A program made the position numbers and the translations under genes. A stretch of DNA of 64,000 nt. Origin: Biomphalaria glabrata (taxonomy: Eukaryota). Under the pieces are notes generated by a model. The model was not told the origin of the DNA, did not search any database, and saw only the letters and a program-made list of their open reading frames with translations. The stretch spans positions 29,796,340-29,860,339 of the forward strand of contig NC_074722.1 of assembly GCF_947242115.1 (NCBI RefSeq), read 5' to 3'. This document shows, one piece after another, positions 50,851 to 62,089 of this stretch (positions are counted from its first letter, which is position 1; every line of letters starts with the position of its first letter).

Positions 50851-51552
50851 TGAGCACTGTTCATCATTTTGTTTTACGTTACAGTATTACAATTAACTAC
50901 TTAGTTTAAAAAATAAAACTCGTAGAAAACAAAGGTTAGCTTATTTAAAAATATTGACATTACAATAGAATTATTTCCAAAATTAAACTTTAAAGAATCA
51001 TAAAGAAATGAATAAACTAAGACAATTATTTAGAGCTAGAGTTTAGAAATATATTTGTAAACTCTATATCTAGATTAAACCAATGGACTAAACAATGAAG
51101 TAAAAAAAGGTTGGCCTATCTTCTTCTTCTTCTTTATATTACAGAGCATTGATCAGTGTAGTAACAACATGTACCGTGTGTCCGAAATAAATCTAGTAAA
51201 TTAGATACAAACTGTTCTATAGCTTACATTGTATGGAAGAAATAGTCAAGGAGATGAAACAAAATAGCAACATGACTAGTTTATAAATCGTTAATTCATG
51301 TTTAAAATACAGTAGTTTGTTCGTGTCCATACAGTTAGTTGTTTTTACTGAAAAGCTCATGGAAATAGAAAATTAATACACACTGTGTGAATTTTGGTGC
51401 CCCTCTCCACTTGGTGCCCTGTGCGGCCCGCACCACCCGCACATTGGTAGCTACGCCACTGCACCAAAGAGTGAAGTATTACCCTCCCTTCTTTAGAGTA
51501 GGCCTAAACTACACTAATATTTCTGAAATAGAAGATTTCCCTCACCCCTTTT

Positions 51553-51558
51553 TTTATT
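51553..51558 (-). other. Candidate AATAAA polyadenylation signal for the intronless minus-strand gene, about 255 nt downstream of its stop.
   Basis: The plus strand reads tttatt at 51553-51558. Confidence 0.25.
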
Positions 51559-51811
51559 CCATAAATTTACATATAATAAAAGAAGACATATATATAACAG
51601 CAAGGGTAGGGAAAATGTATTAACCGGAGATTACTTTCATATTCTTTTTTATAATCTTAAAACAGCTCTGTCTCATTTGTAAACACACACACATATTTAC
51701 ACGTATAAATAAATCACACGCGCGCTATGCATAAAATAACTGCACTACTAAATGTGATTGTCTCCACATAAGTGTTTTGTTTTATAAACGACTTAAATTA
51801 CTAATGTTCCT

Positions 51812-53245
51812 TCAAGCCCATCCTTTAAAAACAATTTTTCCATCACTGTTGAATGTGCTGTAGAGATCATGAGATTCATGGGAACTATTCATTACTATCG
51901 AATTGAAATACTTCATGGCGAGATTCTTGTTGTAAAGTGAATCCCGTGGTAGCTCTTTAATGTACTTCCGGTTCCACTCTGACCTGGTGGCATTGTGGGA
52001 TGTGTACAGAGCTGTTACAGTTCGGCCAACGTTTATCACCAGGTGGCCCAGCGTTCTAGAACGCGCTATCAAAAACGGAACCAGGGCGTCGTCGTCGATG
52101 ATTAAAGGTGGAACGTCTGACATGTCTTGCTTGGTAAACACGAAATACACGAAAGCAGCCTGAGGGTTTTCCCACTCGTAGCTCCCTCTGGTGTAGGCCA
52201 GCAGGTTGAGCTCGTACAAGTCCGCAGCGCTACTGAGCTTTTGGTAATGCATGGCTTCCCCGTACATCGCGATAGGCTTCGAGGTGGGAAATCGGTTAGA
52301 TTTAGATTTTTCGTTCTGCGAGGACTTGACTAGGATCTCTTTGACGCCTAAGAGTGACTCTAGAAAGGACGCGTCGAATACACTTGTGGCCTTGACGTAG
52401 CCGTAAAACGTAGCGCTAAACTTTTCCATCACAACCTTGGCCATATTTTGAAAAATGGGAAGGCCTCCAGAACTGTAACCCGGCACCGGAAGACAGGTGA
52501 AGTTCATGGCGTTGGCGTTAGCCATAGTCATCCTGCTGTCCGTAAAGATGATGGTTTCGACGAATGGTCGAACCCGCTTGCAGTTTTCCAGTAGCAGCTT
52601 TCTGCTGAACTTGTCCACGTCCACCAAGTAGTCAGGCCACCAAGTGAATAGAAGCAGTAAATACGGCTCAGCCTTTATTGTGATGTCTTCAAAGAGTTTG
52701 AGTAAACGCGGACAGAAGTTTGCGTCGACTGTCCTTTTCACTAGTTGTCGAGTTCTGGAAACGTTGTAGCACAGGTGTTTACGTAAATACCCAGGATTCA
52801 CCGAAGAAACTATTTTCGTAATATTGGAAACGGGTGGAAGAACCTTATAGTTGGCAGTTATATTTCCTGAAATCGACACGTTGCTCTCGGGGATAGACAA
52901 CCCCATGCCTTGCGCAATGTCTATGTTGTATTGAACATCCGTGCAAATGACGTCCAGTTTTGACTTCAAGCAGTGGTCTTTCAGCTTGGGCCCTCTTTCC
53001 CGCTGAGCCCAAACGATTTCAATGTCGTTTTGGAACTGTTTCAGCACGAGCTCCCTGGAAACGTGGCTCCTTTCCAGTTCATTGTAGGGCACCAACGGCG
53101 TTTTAAGTCGAAAGGCCCAAAGCTTGTTCCTTACAAAACTAATAATAAAAGACCCGCTCAGAAGTAGAAATACAAAAAGAATCGGTAGTGAAAATCTCAG
53201 TAATCGAAGCAGTACTCGCTGGATAGACATCTTCTGAAAATTCAA
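51812..53245 (-). CDS. Intronless 477-aa type-II membrane protein (N-terminal signal anchor, luminal domain with about 9 N-glycosylation sequons). Glycosyltransferase-like with a DxD-type motif (PPLIIDDDALV). Family not assigned.
   Basis: The ORF track gives a continuous 1434-nt ORF, far above chance in about 35% GC DNA. The TM segment FSLPILFVFLLLSGSFIISFV follows a short basic cytoplasmic tail. Sequons NVS, NIT, NFT, NAT and NSS are present. A FTWWPDY motif is present. No canonical sulfotransferase PAPS-binding motifs were found. Confidence 0.6.
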   Translation of the reverse strand: MNFQKMSIQRVLLRLLRFSLPILFVFLLLSGSFIISFVRNKLWAFRLKTPLVPYNELERSHVSRELVLKQFQNDIEIVWAQRERGPKLKDHCLKSKLDVICTDVQYNIDIAQGMGLSIPESNVSISGNITANYKVLPPVSNITKIVSSVNPGYLRKHLCYNVSRTRQLVKRTVDANFCPRLLKLFEDITIKAEPYLLLLFTWWPDYLVDVDKFSRKLLLENCKRVRPFVETIIFTDSRMTMANANAMNFTCLPVPGYSSGGLPIFQNMAKVVMEKFSATFYGYVKATSVFDASFLESLLGVKEILVKSSQNEKSKSNRFPTSKPIAMYGEAMHYQKLSSAADLYELNLLAYTRGSYEWENPQAAFVYFVFTKQDMSDVPPLIIDDDALVPFLIARSRTLGHLVINVGRTVTALYTSHNATRSEWNRKYIKELPRDSLYNKNLAMKYFNSIVMNSSHESHDLYSTFNSDGKIVFKGWA

Positions 53246-53434
53246 TTAGGAACAGATTACAACCAAAGAAAAAAAGCGTAGGCTTAATTAGTGGTGGGTG
53301 GGTAGGGGATGACTATAAATGTAGTTACCATACAAAAACCAAGCCTATCCGATCACCATATTTATACCATTTTCTCGAGGATACGAAGACTTATCAAGAT
53401 GGTAATAAAACAATATTTCTAAATACTGTAAGTA

Positions 53435-53665
53435 AAAAGTTCCCCTTTCAGACCTTGTGGTCTGTTTTTTGTGGCCTACGGTTAACAAGGGTGTCATGTG
53501 GCCAGCACAACAGCAACCAACCGCCTTTACTTTTTCCCAATTAATGTCAGGTACCCCTTAGAGCTGGGTAGACGCGAAGATCCCGAAATTAAAAATCCCA
53601 GTCTTGACCAGGATTCGAACACCGGTCCCCGGTTCGGAGGCCAAGCGCTTTACAGCTCAGAAACC
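53435..53665 (-). mobile_element. SINE family 1 copy.
   Basis: Contains ..ccttgtggtctg..tgtggcctacggttaacaagggtgtcatgtggccagcacaac...gggtagacgcgaagatcccgaaattaaaaatcccagtcttgaccaggattcgaac... Confidence 0.75.
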
Positions 53666-54004
53666 GCGCCTCATTTTAATTACTGATTCTAAGCTATTAT
53701 CTCCAGAGCTTTGTATTAAGGTTGTTTCCAACAGTTTAAATAGGCATAAAGTACTGACATGGTTGGGGAGGGAGCTCTAAAGCTTTTTTTTCACGTTTCT
53801 CTTACCTAATGTTGCACTTTCGACATGAATATCTGAACGTACTTGATTTGATAGCCATATTATGGCCCATATTATATTTAGGTGACTCGCGAAAAAAAAA
53901 ATTTCTTAAGAATATGTAAGCAATTTTTTTTCTAGAATACATTAATTATAGCAAGAAAATCTATTCGAAATAATCTCCAGTTCCTAAGGGCGCGTTAGCT
54001 GACT

Positions 54005-54320
54005 AGTGATGGTTGAGACTCAAAAGTAAAGTAGCAATTATACATAAAACACTGAACCATAATCTTCAAATACAAAAACAAATACATCGAATAAAATACA
54101 ACACAAAGATAGGGGAATATTCCTCGTTCCATATGCTAGGACAAATTTGTACAAATGCTCCTTCTTCCCTAGTGCTATTAGAGCATGGAATGGGTTGCCT
54201 GAGCCAGCCAGGAAAACCAGTGACTTGGCAGAATTTAAGTCATTGGTTAAGATGTATGACGCGTAGGATGTAATCATCTTCTTTTTTGAAGTGACGTCTG
54301 TATTAGCTAAGATAAGAACT
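54005..54320 (+). mobile_element. LINE family A 3' fragment.
   Basis: Homologous to 1680-1965 (RLKSKVAIIHKTLNHNLQI..., tail tgaagtgacgtctgtattagctaagataag). Confidence 0.7.
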
Positions 54321-54480
54321 AAAGTGTCTCGGGATCGAATCCCGGTGAGGAATTAAAAAAAAAATGTTTTGTATTTTTTAGGACGCCCTCGAGTCCACCC
54401 AATGCAAACGGATACCTGATATTGATTGGGTAGGCCATAGAAACAGACGACCCACACATCATCTACCTATAGATCGCATC
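54315..54480 (+). mobile_element. SINE family 1 partial copy.
   Basis: B-box GGATCGAATCCCGG followed by the conserved tail ...atcatctacctatagatcgcatcg. Confidence 0.6.
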
Positions 54481-54959
54481 GATTGGTACTTTACTTTCTA
54501 TTTCTGCAACAAATATTTAAATACTATTCTATCTCTTATCGCAGTATTTTATTATTAGGAACAGAATAATTCAACAACTTACCATCAATGATTTCTGCGA
54601 ACTAAAGTCTGAACCTATGTCTAATTAAGCATATCACGGTAATGTTCATCCAGACCTATATTGTCTATCTAAATATATCATAACAGTAAATAGGCTTCGT
54701 GAACACAGGCCTACACTTGTCACTAATGGGACAAATATCCGCCATGTATGAAAATCTACAACAGCAACCTGCTCAATGTGCTCATCTCCCTTGGCGAGTG
54801 TTGGGTCACGTGACGTGCCATTAAAATCTGAACTTGGTGAGCGATTAATTTTAAACGATTAAGTGGGGGGGGGGGGGGAGAGAGGGTAAGATTATAGGCA
54901 ACATGAAAGGGTAAAACTTTTTTAAAAGAAAACCAATTACAATTGATTGGGACAAATTA

Positions 54960-55110
54960 TGTTTGAAATTTTAAAATGGAATTAATTGAAAGAGGTTCTT
55001 TCCAAGGCAAACGACAGAGAGGAATGGAAAAAGACGGTCCACAGATCTTATGTGGTGCCCCAACGATCTAACAGACTAAGGGATAGATAAAGGGGAAGGT
55101 GAGGTCAAAG
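54960..55110 (+). mobile_element. LINE ORF2 C-terminal fragment (..KANDREEWKKTVHRS..).
   Basis: Carries the A.DR.EW+K.V motif typical of L2/CR1/RTE ORF2 tails. Confidence 0.4.
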
Positions 55111-55879
55111 AAATAGTGTTGATGAATGAATGAATGGAAGAAAAGGCCAACATATTCACGTGCATTAGGTTGAATATTAATTCTATTGAAGCCACTAAGC
55201 CAATACAAGAAAGTGTGTTGCACTGCTAGAAGGTTTCCTTAATATATTTAATATGATATATATCTTTCTCTGTCACGAAGACTTCTAGATTGGTCACTAT
55301 AGCCATCTTAAAGGTCTCATCCAGTGTGAATCTCACCCATAGTGTCCCATTTGAGTTTTTGTTTCTACTTTCTTCCTTGTTTAGTTAAAGCCACGCCACT
55401 GTTTTTTTTTATAATTTTTTTTTGACATGAGTCCAAAAGGACATGAAGCCTGATAGCCTTTTCTAAATTTATTGATTTGCCCTATAGCTGTTACTGGTCG
55501 TTGACTTGTAGCACCAAACTGATGGTAGACAACTAAACCGTTGTAGGCGTAATATAACTAGTAGGCTAAACGTGAAAAAAAACACTTCAATAACTTTCTT
55601 TTGTGAACAAAACTAAATAAAACTTTATAATATAGACAAAACCAACTTGTGATAAATTAAATAAATGTAGCAGACTTTAGTAATAATATCTTTTAGCAAA
55701 ATCTAACACACTACAATAACACAACCTTTCAGTCTCATGTTCTGGAGTCGTCTTCTCAACTCAGACCAAATGACGACATTGCCACCTATGTTGCATCATT
55801 CACAACCAATCGCTAACCTCTTCAACCGTCACCATAGAAACACACACACACACACACTCCATAACACCCATGCATACTT

Positions 55880-56045
55880 TTTCCGATGTTCCTTCAGTAT
55901 TGAAGATAATTACACACTGGTCCACACCTCCCGCAGAACGGCTGAGGAAGGGGGGGGGGGGTAACGAGCAGGGTTCAAATCCGGGACCATTGAGACGGAA
56001 GTAAGAGGTGCATACCACACGTGTAGGCAGCCATCGCTATGAAAC
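55880..56045 (-). mobile_element. SINE family 2 copy. A (CA)8 run lies upstream.
   Basis: Homologous to 13650-13835 and 47545-47720. Confidence 0.65.
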
Positions 56046-56527
56046 ATACATGTGGTTCAACAATAAAGTAGTGCTGGGTGTGTTTTAACATCGATCTTTC
56101 GTTGTAATGAGTGTTCATCTATCGATTAACATTGTCGCCTTCATCTCATACATGTGTTGAGACCTACTTTTTGGGGGTGAGAAAAAAAAAAAGGAATGTT
56201 TAATTTTCGCATCGCGATGTTTTATAAGTTTCTAAAAAAAAAAAGACGTTTCCCTTGTAAGCTTATTTGTTATGAATATTTAAATATGTATACACGATGG
56301 CTTACATAGTACAACACTAGGGCGTAAGTCTCCCAAAGAAACGTTATTCAACATAATTACTAGGATACGAAATGTTATACATTTTTATTTAGTTTCTAAA
56401 TGCTATTATTTCATCATCATCATCATCATCTGTTCATTGTGCTCCTCTTGGAACCTAGGGCCTCAGTAAAAAATACACCACTCACCACCTTCTCTTGCTT
56501 CCCAGCTCTTTCCGGACCTCTAGGTTC

Positions 56528-56760
56528 CACGACAATTCGTTCACTGACAAATCGTTCACGACTTTTCGTTCACGCGACTATTCGTTCACCAGACATTTCG
56601 TTCACCCGACTATTCGTTCACGCGACTATTCGTTCACCCGACATATCGCTCACCGACAACTTGCTCACAGACAACTTGTTCACGACAATTCGTTCACACG
56701 ACAAATCGTTCACTGACAATTCGTTCACAGACTAATTGTTCACAGACAAATCGTTCACTG
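56528..56760. repeat. Tandem array of about 20-bp units containing CGTTCAC, about 12 units (array A).
   Basis: Unit ...attcgttcac(n10-12). ORFs 56400-56735 and 56495-56716 are artefacts. Confidence 0.9.
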
Positions 56761-56910
56761 GATAGTAGCATATTGTTAATAATATATTCTAGTCGCGTGT
56801 TTAATTTGTTTGCATTTAAACTTTTGTAGCTATTATTTCCAAAGAGATCGGGCCTAATCTGAGTTTCTTTGTTGTTGTTGTTGTTTTTTTTTTTTGTTAA
56901 TTCTTTATTC

Positions 56911-57040
56911 ACCGGGTGAACGAATAAACGCGTGAACGAATTGTAGGGTGAACGAATTGTCTGGTGAACGAAAAGTAGCGTGAACGAAAAGTCGTGAACG
57001 ATTTGTCGGTGAACGAAATGTCAGTGAACGAATTGTCGTG
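56911..57040. repeat. Inverted copy (array B, GTGAACGAA units) of the first roughly 120 bp of array A. Together they form a foldback-like inverted repeat with a spacer of about 265 bp.
   Basis: The reverse complement of 56911-57040 aligns at about 85-90% identity with 56528-56645. Confidence 0.8.
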
Positions 57041-57049
57041 TCCCTCCCC

Positions 57050-58260
57050 CCCCCCCAGCTTCATCTGCTACACTGCGTCGCCATGTTCTTTTTTTATCTT
57101 CCTCTGCGTCTTGTGCTGGGAGGTTCCAATCTGAGGCCTTTCTAACTGTGTTGTCGACATCTTTTCTTAGGTTGTCACCAACTCATCTCCACTTTCTTTC
57201 TAAGAGCTACACCTCTATATTTCTCCCTGTCCACCATTTCCAGAAGTTCAGTGTTTTCTACATTGTCATACATTGTATTTTAAAGATGTTTCTCAAACAT
57301 ATGTTGATGACGGTTTGTACTTTTTTTTTTGCTTCAATAGTTCACCATGTTTTACGTTTCAAACCCATACAGAAGGACACGCCTTTATATTAGAGATTAA
57401 GATTTTTATTTTAGTCTTTTAAGAAATGTAGGAAGATTTCTAGATTGGTTTTAGGTGGGTAAATGTCTGACCGAGTCAGATTTATTCGACGTTTAATGTC
57501 GTCTTCTATTCCACCTGACACATTGACTACACTCCCAAGGTACCCGGTATCTAAAACTATCTACTTACCAAGGTCTTTCTATGGTCTGAGAATTCATTGC
57601 TATATCTACATTGTGCTGGTTGTTAGTTTCAAGTAGCCTACTTTTGTTTTCTGATGATTGAGACCTACTTTGTTTCCTGCTTCACTTAAAGCTGCGGACT
57701 TTTCTTGTATATTTTGTAGTTTAAGGCTACGCGTCTGTGAATTGCAAGTCCTCCAGCTTTTGTGTAGGAGTTCATTGAATTCTTTTACCTGAATTAGAGT
57801 AAGCTTTTTTTTTGTGACCCAATCCAATACTAAAAGGAACAGGAGTGGTAAAAAAAATCAATGTTTGACTCCTATTGTGACTGGAAATTCCTCTGACAGT
57901 TTGTCACTGTGGGCACTCGACACGTGAAACCATCATAAAGTTTTAATGATTGTTATTATTTTACTTGGAATCCCGTAATATTTTTAAAAATATCAAAGAC
58001 AGTTTCAAAGTCAACACATGTTGCATAAAGTGGAGATTGCCATTCGGCACTTTGTTCTACAATTATTTTGAGTGTTGCTATTTGGTCGTCACAAGATGTT
58101 TCCTTTCTGAATCAGGCCTGTTCTTCCCGTTGGTGTTCATCACATGCATTGCGTATTTCTTCGTTGTTCTTCCATCTATATGTTTATGTTTAGTGTTATT
58201 TCTACGTCTAGACCCGTTGGATTTAGTCGTTTTGGTCTGTTGAGCAATTTTTACGAAGCT
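57050..58260 (-). mobile_element. Degenerate LINE (RT region and ORF2 C-terminus) on the minus strand.
   Basis: The minus strand reads IATLKIIVEQSAEWQSPLYATCVDFETVFD (RT motif region), LGVVNVSGGIEDDIKRRINLTRSDIY, and ..YRGVALRKKVEMSW... Confidence 0.6.
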
Positions 58261-58929
58261 TATATCAACTTACTGTCTGTATGGTAAAAAGTTTGAACAT
58301 AAGTCCCCCAAACGATCAATACATCTTTTATGGGTATTTAACCTCCTATACTTTGCAGTTGATCTTAAAATATATTTTTATCAATATCATTTGCAAGGTT
58401 GGTGGAAGCATAACGCATTATGATGTGGACATTTTAAAAATCGGATAAAAATGTGGCTTTAGTTATTCTTTCTGCAGCTGGTTTCCATTCAAAAAAGACT
58501 TTTAAATGCTTCCTTGTTTAGTAAAAGTGATACACCATTTTCAATTAAATCTTCTTTTTCCTTTTTCAGAGAAGAAAATGATTTCTCGTGATGGCAATCT
58601 TGTTTGACCAGTCCCCACTTATGAAGTTAGTAGTTAGCTATTCCCTTAGCAACTTGTGGAAATCTACCTGGTTCGAGCAATGTCACGTATGGACATTCCA
58701 CTGTCATTATTAAGTTGTGGAAAATCCAGAAGAGTATGTGACATGAGTTTCCAAGCTAAATAAAATAAGTATTCTTCGCTGGTGGTAACAGTGCCCATAT
58801 ATGGTTGTAAAAGTTGAATACTGAGGCTGAAAGAAGGCATAAAGCCTTTGTGAGTAAAGGCTAAATCTGCGAGGTATTAGATTTAAGGATAAGAAAACAA
58901 ATGCGTTTGTACAACTAAGTCTGGCTAAA

Positions 58930-59190
58930 ATGAGGAACTCTTCATTACCGATACTGTGAAGTGACGAAAGCTGAGCTATTTCGATCATATTGTAAGACAT
59001 GACTCCCAAATGTCATCCTTCAAGGAGCACGAAGAAGGAGTCTTCTAAAGAAAGCTGACTGGGCAACGTGAAAGAATAGACCGCTCTCTCTCTCTCTCTC
59101 TTGATATTCTGCTAAGAACAGCTGCTGACCGGAAAGAGTGGAGGGATTAGGTTATGCGAACTGTCACAGCACCCCTACGACGAAAATTAA
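58930..59190 (+). mobile_element. LINE 3' end fragment (..ILQGARRR...AADRKEWRD.VMRTV..), followed by a (CT)8 run.
   Basis: Carries the GRPRKRW / AQDR..WR-type tail motifs. Confidence 0.45.
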
Positions 59191-59539
59191 TAGGCCTATG
59201 GGACAGATGAGATGATAGTATCATGAGAGATGACCCGGTCTTGTATGCCTCCTCCCTTTCTATTTTGACAGTTTCGCACAAAGGCTTGCGATAGCCAATA
59301 TCAATGAAAGTAGTCTAGATCTGTTTTGTTTGTTTTAGAAGATTAGCACATCCTACTATGATCCTACCCAAACCTCTCTCGCATGACTGAGATGGGTGGC
59401 GAAGGTCATTTTTTTTTTACAGATGTTTCTTGATTTCTTTTCTATTAAATAAAGGGAGCTAATTTGATTCTATTCCAAATGTCTGTGTATATATAGGTTT
59501 GTGCAACAAGATATAATGTATATATAATATATATAGGTC

Positions 59540-59830
59540 TGAGACCTATGCTTATTCCTCATCCCTGTGCTCTAGACTCTATCCCTGTGGCTTCAATCTC
59601 TTACGTTTTAGATCTAGAGATTTTCTGAGTTTTTTCTTTAGGCATTGTCAAGATCTAGACTATATAGATCTATAGATTCTTAAACTATTTTTCTTCAGTA
59701 TCACCATTTTCCGTATGCTTTAATTAGTCCAAGTAATAAATATGAAGTAAAGGAACCTGTTGTAGTAGTGCGTAATACGTATAAATAGTAGATTCTAGAT
59801 CTCTACCTGCACTGGTTGTTTTAGACAATT
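59540..59830. repeat. TCTAGA/AGATCT-rich palindromic tract immediately upstream of the PX-like gene start.
   Basis: Reads ttagatctagagatttt...caagatctagactatatagatctatagattc...ttctagatctctacc. Confidence 0.65.
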
Positions 59831-59877
59831 TCAAAAGCTAGTCTCGGAACAACGTCTTATAAACAAAAACATTAAAT

Positions 59878-60073
59878 ATGGCAGATATGATAAGAAGACC
59901 TGATCCGATGCAATCTTCTCCGCGATCTAGTCCTAGAGATCGTGGTTCTAGATCGCCGGCATATCCACGACAAGATTCTTCAGGAACTTTAAAAACTACA
60001 ATAAGCCTTGCACCTGGCAAGACCCCAGCAGTTATTCATACTGGATCATTTTATTTAGTGAAAGACATTCCGG
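59878..60073 (+). CDS. First coding exon of an unidentified gene (MADMIRRPDPMQSSPRSSPRDRGSRSPAYPRQDSSGTLKTTISLAPGKTPAVIHTGSFYLVKDIP.). Donor G|GTAAAAATG. Exon end is uncertain by 1 nt.
   Basis: The ATG has a good Kozak context (aaatATGg). TATAAA lies at 59851-59856. Phase 1 at the donor joins in frame to the exon at 62090. The ORF track gives a continuous frame through the donor; my nucleotide reading near 60060 would put a stop at 60076-78 (see findings). Confidence 0.45.
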
Positions 60074-60789
60074 GTAAAAATGTTTTCTTTTACTTAATTA
60101 TACTCAATACTTATACTGTAACTGTAACTTTTAACTTTACTCAGACACCGAGACAGTCATAGTCATAGATTATGATAGATGTAGATCTATAAAGTAAAAG
60201 TTTACTTATTATAACTTAAAGTTTAATTTGAACTGAAGCCTAGAGACTAGAGTAGACTAGAGGCTAGTTGAAGTTAACTTCATAAAAGTTGTTTTTATTT
60301 TTTTTATTATTATTATTATTAATTTATTATTATAACAAAAATGTCAAGATTTGTTAAATTTTAAAATTTCAGTCTCGAGTAGTATAGATTCTACACTTTT
60401 ACAATCGTAACAATGAGTTTTAATTTTTGTAAGTTGATTCCTATTTGTGACCTATATTAGATCTAAGTGTTGATTTTTAAATCATTTCAAAACAAATATA
60501 AAAGATTTAAAATGTGCTTGAGAAAAAATGAAAACAAACACTGACACAGTAATGAAATGAAAATAAATTAATGTTCATTATATTGGTGATTATTCAAACC
60601 ATTTACTTTACTGACGAACATTACATTGTATTTATTTATAAAATTATAAAACTATTTCAAAATAGGGCACGTCTGAAAAAAACAACAACTAAATCTGCAG
60701 TTTAGCATTTAAAGGATTTATTATTTTATAATTTTATATTCACAAGATATGAATTTTACAAATGCATTTTCATGCACTTTTTGCTTTTA

Positions 60790-60860
60790 ACACAAAAGTA
60801 AATTCACATAGATCTAGTAAGGATAAAGCATTCTATAGATCTAGATCTAAAGTAGGTACT
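60790..60860. repeat. TCTAGA/AGATCT-rich tract, intronic.
   Basis: Reads catagatctagtaaggataaagcattctatagatctagatctaaagtagg. Confidence 0.6.
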
Positions 60861-61439
60861 CTCACAGGCGGCCATATTGGATCTAAAAACACATTTGACA
60901 TCAAAACAATTTCCTGTTCAGGTTTTACAAAACTGAAATTAAGCATGTCATAAGAAAAGACATCACTTTATAACTGAGTGTTTTTATGACATTTTCTTGG
61001 GTTTATTCTAAAGATAAGAGGTTCCTCTAATGGCCAGTGGGAAATTTTTATTTTTTTTCTCTTACTATGTCCAAAATATTTTAATCTGAAAAATTTGAAA
61101 TTTTCAAATAACAAGGAAAAAATATAGGTCTCCGTACATCTTTAGTTTTAACCCATACACTTAGAAAATTCATTCAGCTTTCCAATGATACCAAATTTAT
61201 TATGATTAAACGAGTCAACGATATTTTAAAACTTAGCACACTTTTTTCAGGTACTAGAATTTCACTAAGGCCGGGATGACCTTTTATCATTAATATCCGT
61301 TTTTTACATAACAAAAATAAAATTAGTGTACACTAAAACATGTCAAATTGAAGAATCACTTCTTTATACCTATATCATTGCTTATTAACATAAAATATAA
61401 TAAATACCTGTATTCTTGGGAGTTCTTTTGGTCAGTCGA

Positions 61440-61600
61440 TGTCGAAGCTAAAATCTGTAAATCTAGGTATCTAAAATATTCTTTCAAATAAATATACTTA
61501 AATAGATCTAAATCTTAAATCTAAAGATTCTTTTTCTAATCTACACTATTGTTTTATAACTAGATAGATCTAGATCAATTTAGAAGCTTATTGTGTTGAA
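61440..61600. repeat. TCTAGA/AGATCT-rich tract, intronic.
   Basis: Reads ctaggtatctaaaat...aatagatctaaatcttaaatctaaagattc...actagatagatctagatcaatttagaag. Confidence 0.6.
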
Positions 61601-62089
61601 AACTTGACAACCAGGAGCATTTTTCTTTTTATAGACTATTTTAAGAAAATTAGAAAAAATTGTATTTTTTCGTAATTTACTAATGATGTTTTAACATTTT
61701 AATTTCATTTTGATTTGCCAGTTATAAATTAAAATTCCTCCTTTAAAACTGTACAATTTGATAATATACTTTTGTATATGTATTCACAATAGTTTTTGAA
61801 ATATTCACATTAAAAAAAAATTGCTTCACTTTTTTTTATATTTCTCTATATAAAGACCATAGGATGTCAGGACGCCTCGGACATAATAATAGCATAGCAT
61901 AATAAATTTGGTGTTGTTGGAAAGCATTTTTCATCCTCTTTCATTCTATTACACATTTGTTGGTATAGGATTAATTTAAATTTTTTGGTGCAACTACCTA
62001 ATCTAAAGTAAATTATCTACTATAGACTTTACTCCTTACTAAAATTTTCTTTTATATGTATCAGTATATAATATTTCTCAATATTTCAG

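Larger units (their letters stand above)
47963..51461 (-). mobile_element. hAT DNA transposon, 3499 bp. It has TIR CAGTGGCGTAGCTA (14 bp perfect) and a perfect 8-bp TSD CACCAAAG. Internally it is degenerate, with a nested LINE fragment.
   Basis: CACCAAAG occurs at 47955-47962 and at 51462-51469. Left terminus cagtggcgtagctagag. Right terminus ..tggtagctacgccactg. Transposase remnants lie on the minus strand. Confidence 0.85.

Noticed and set aside
51812-53245. Assignment of the intronless type-II protein to a specific family (Gal-3-O-sulfotransferase, alpha-1,3-fucosyltransferase, GT8 or GT31).
   Set aside because: The diagnostic motifs are absent. These are the 5'-PSB/3'-PSB, the YLSFENS/ITEK pair, the HxxGxxKPW motif, and the EDV motif. 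Only a DDD motif and a FTWWP motif are present. I left it as glycosyltransferase-like, family unknown.
56400-56912. ORFs 56400-56735, 56495-56716 and 56694-56912.
   Set aside because: They are translations of the CGTTCAC tandem array and the (CAT)n run.
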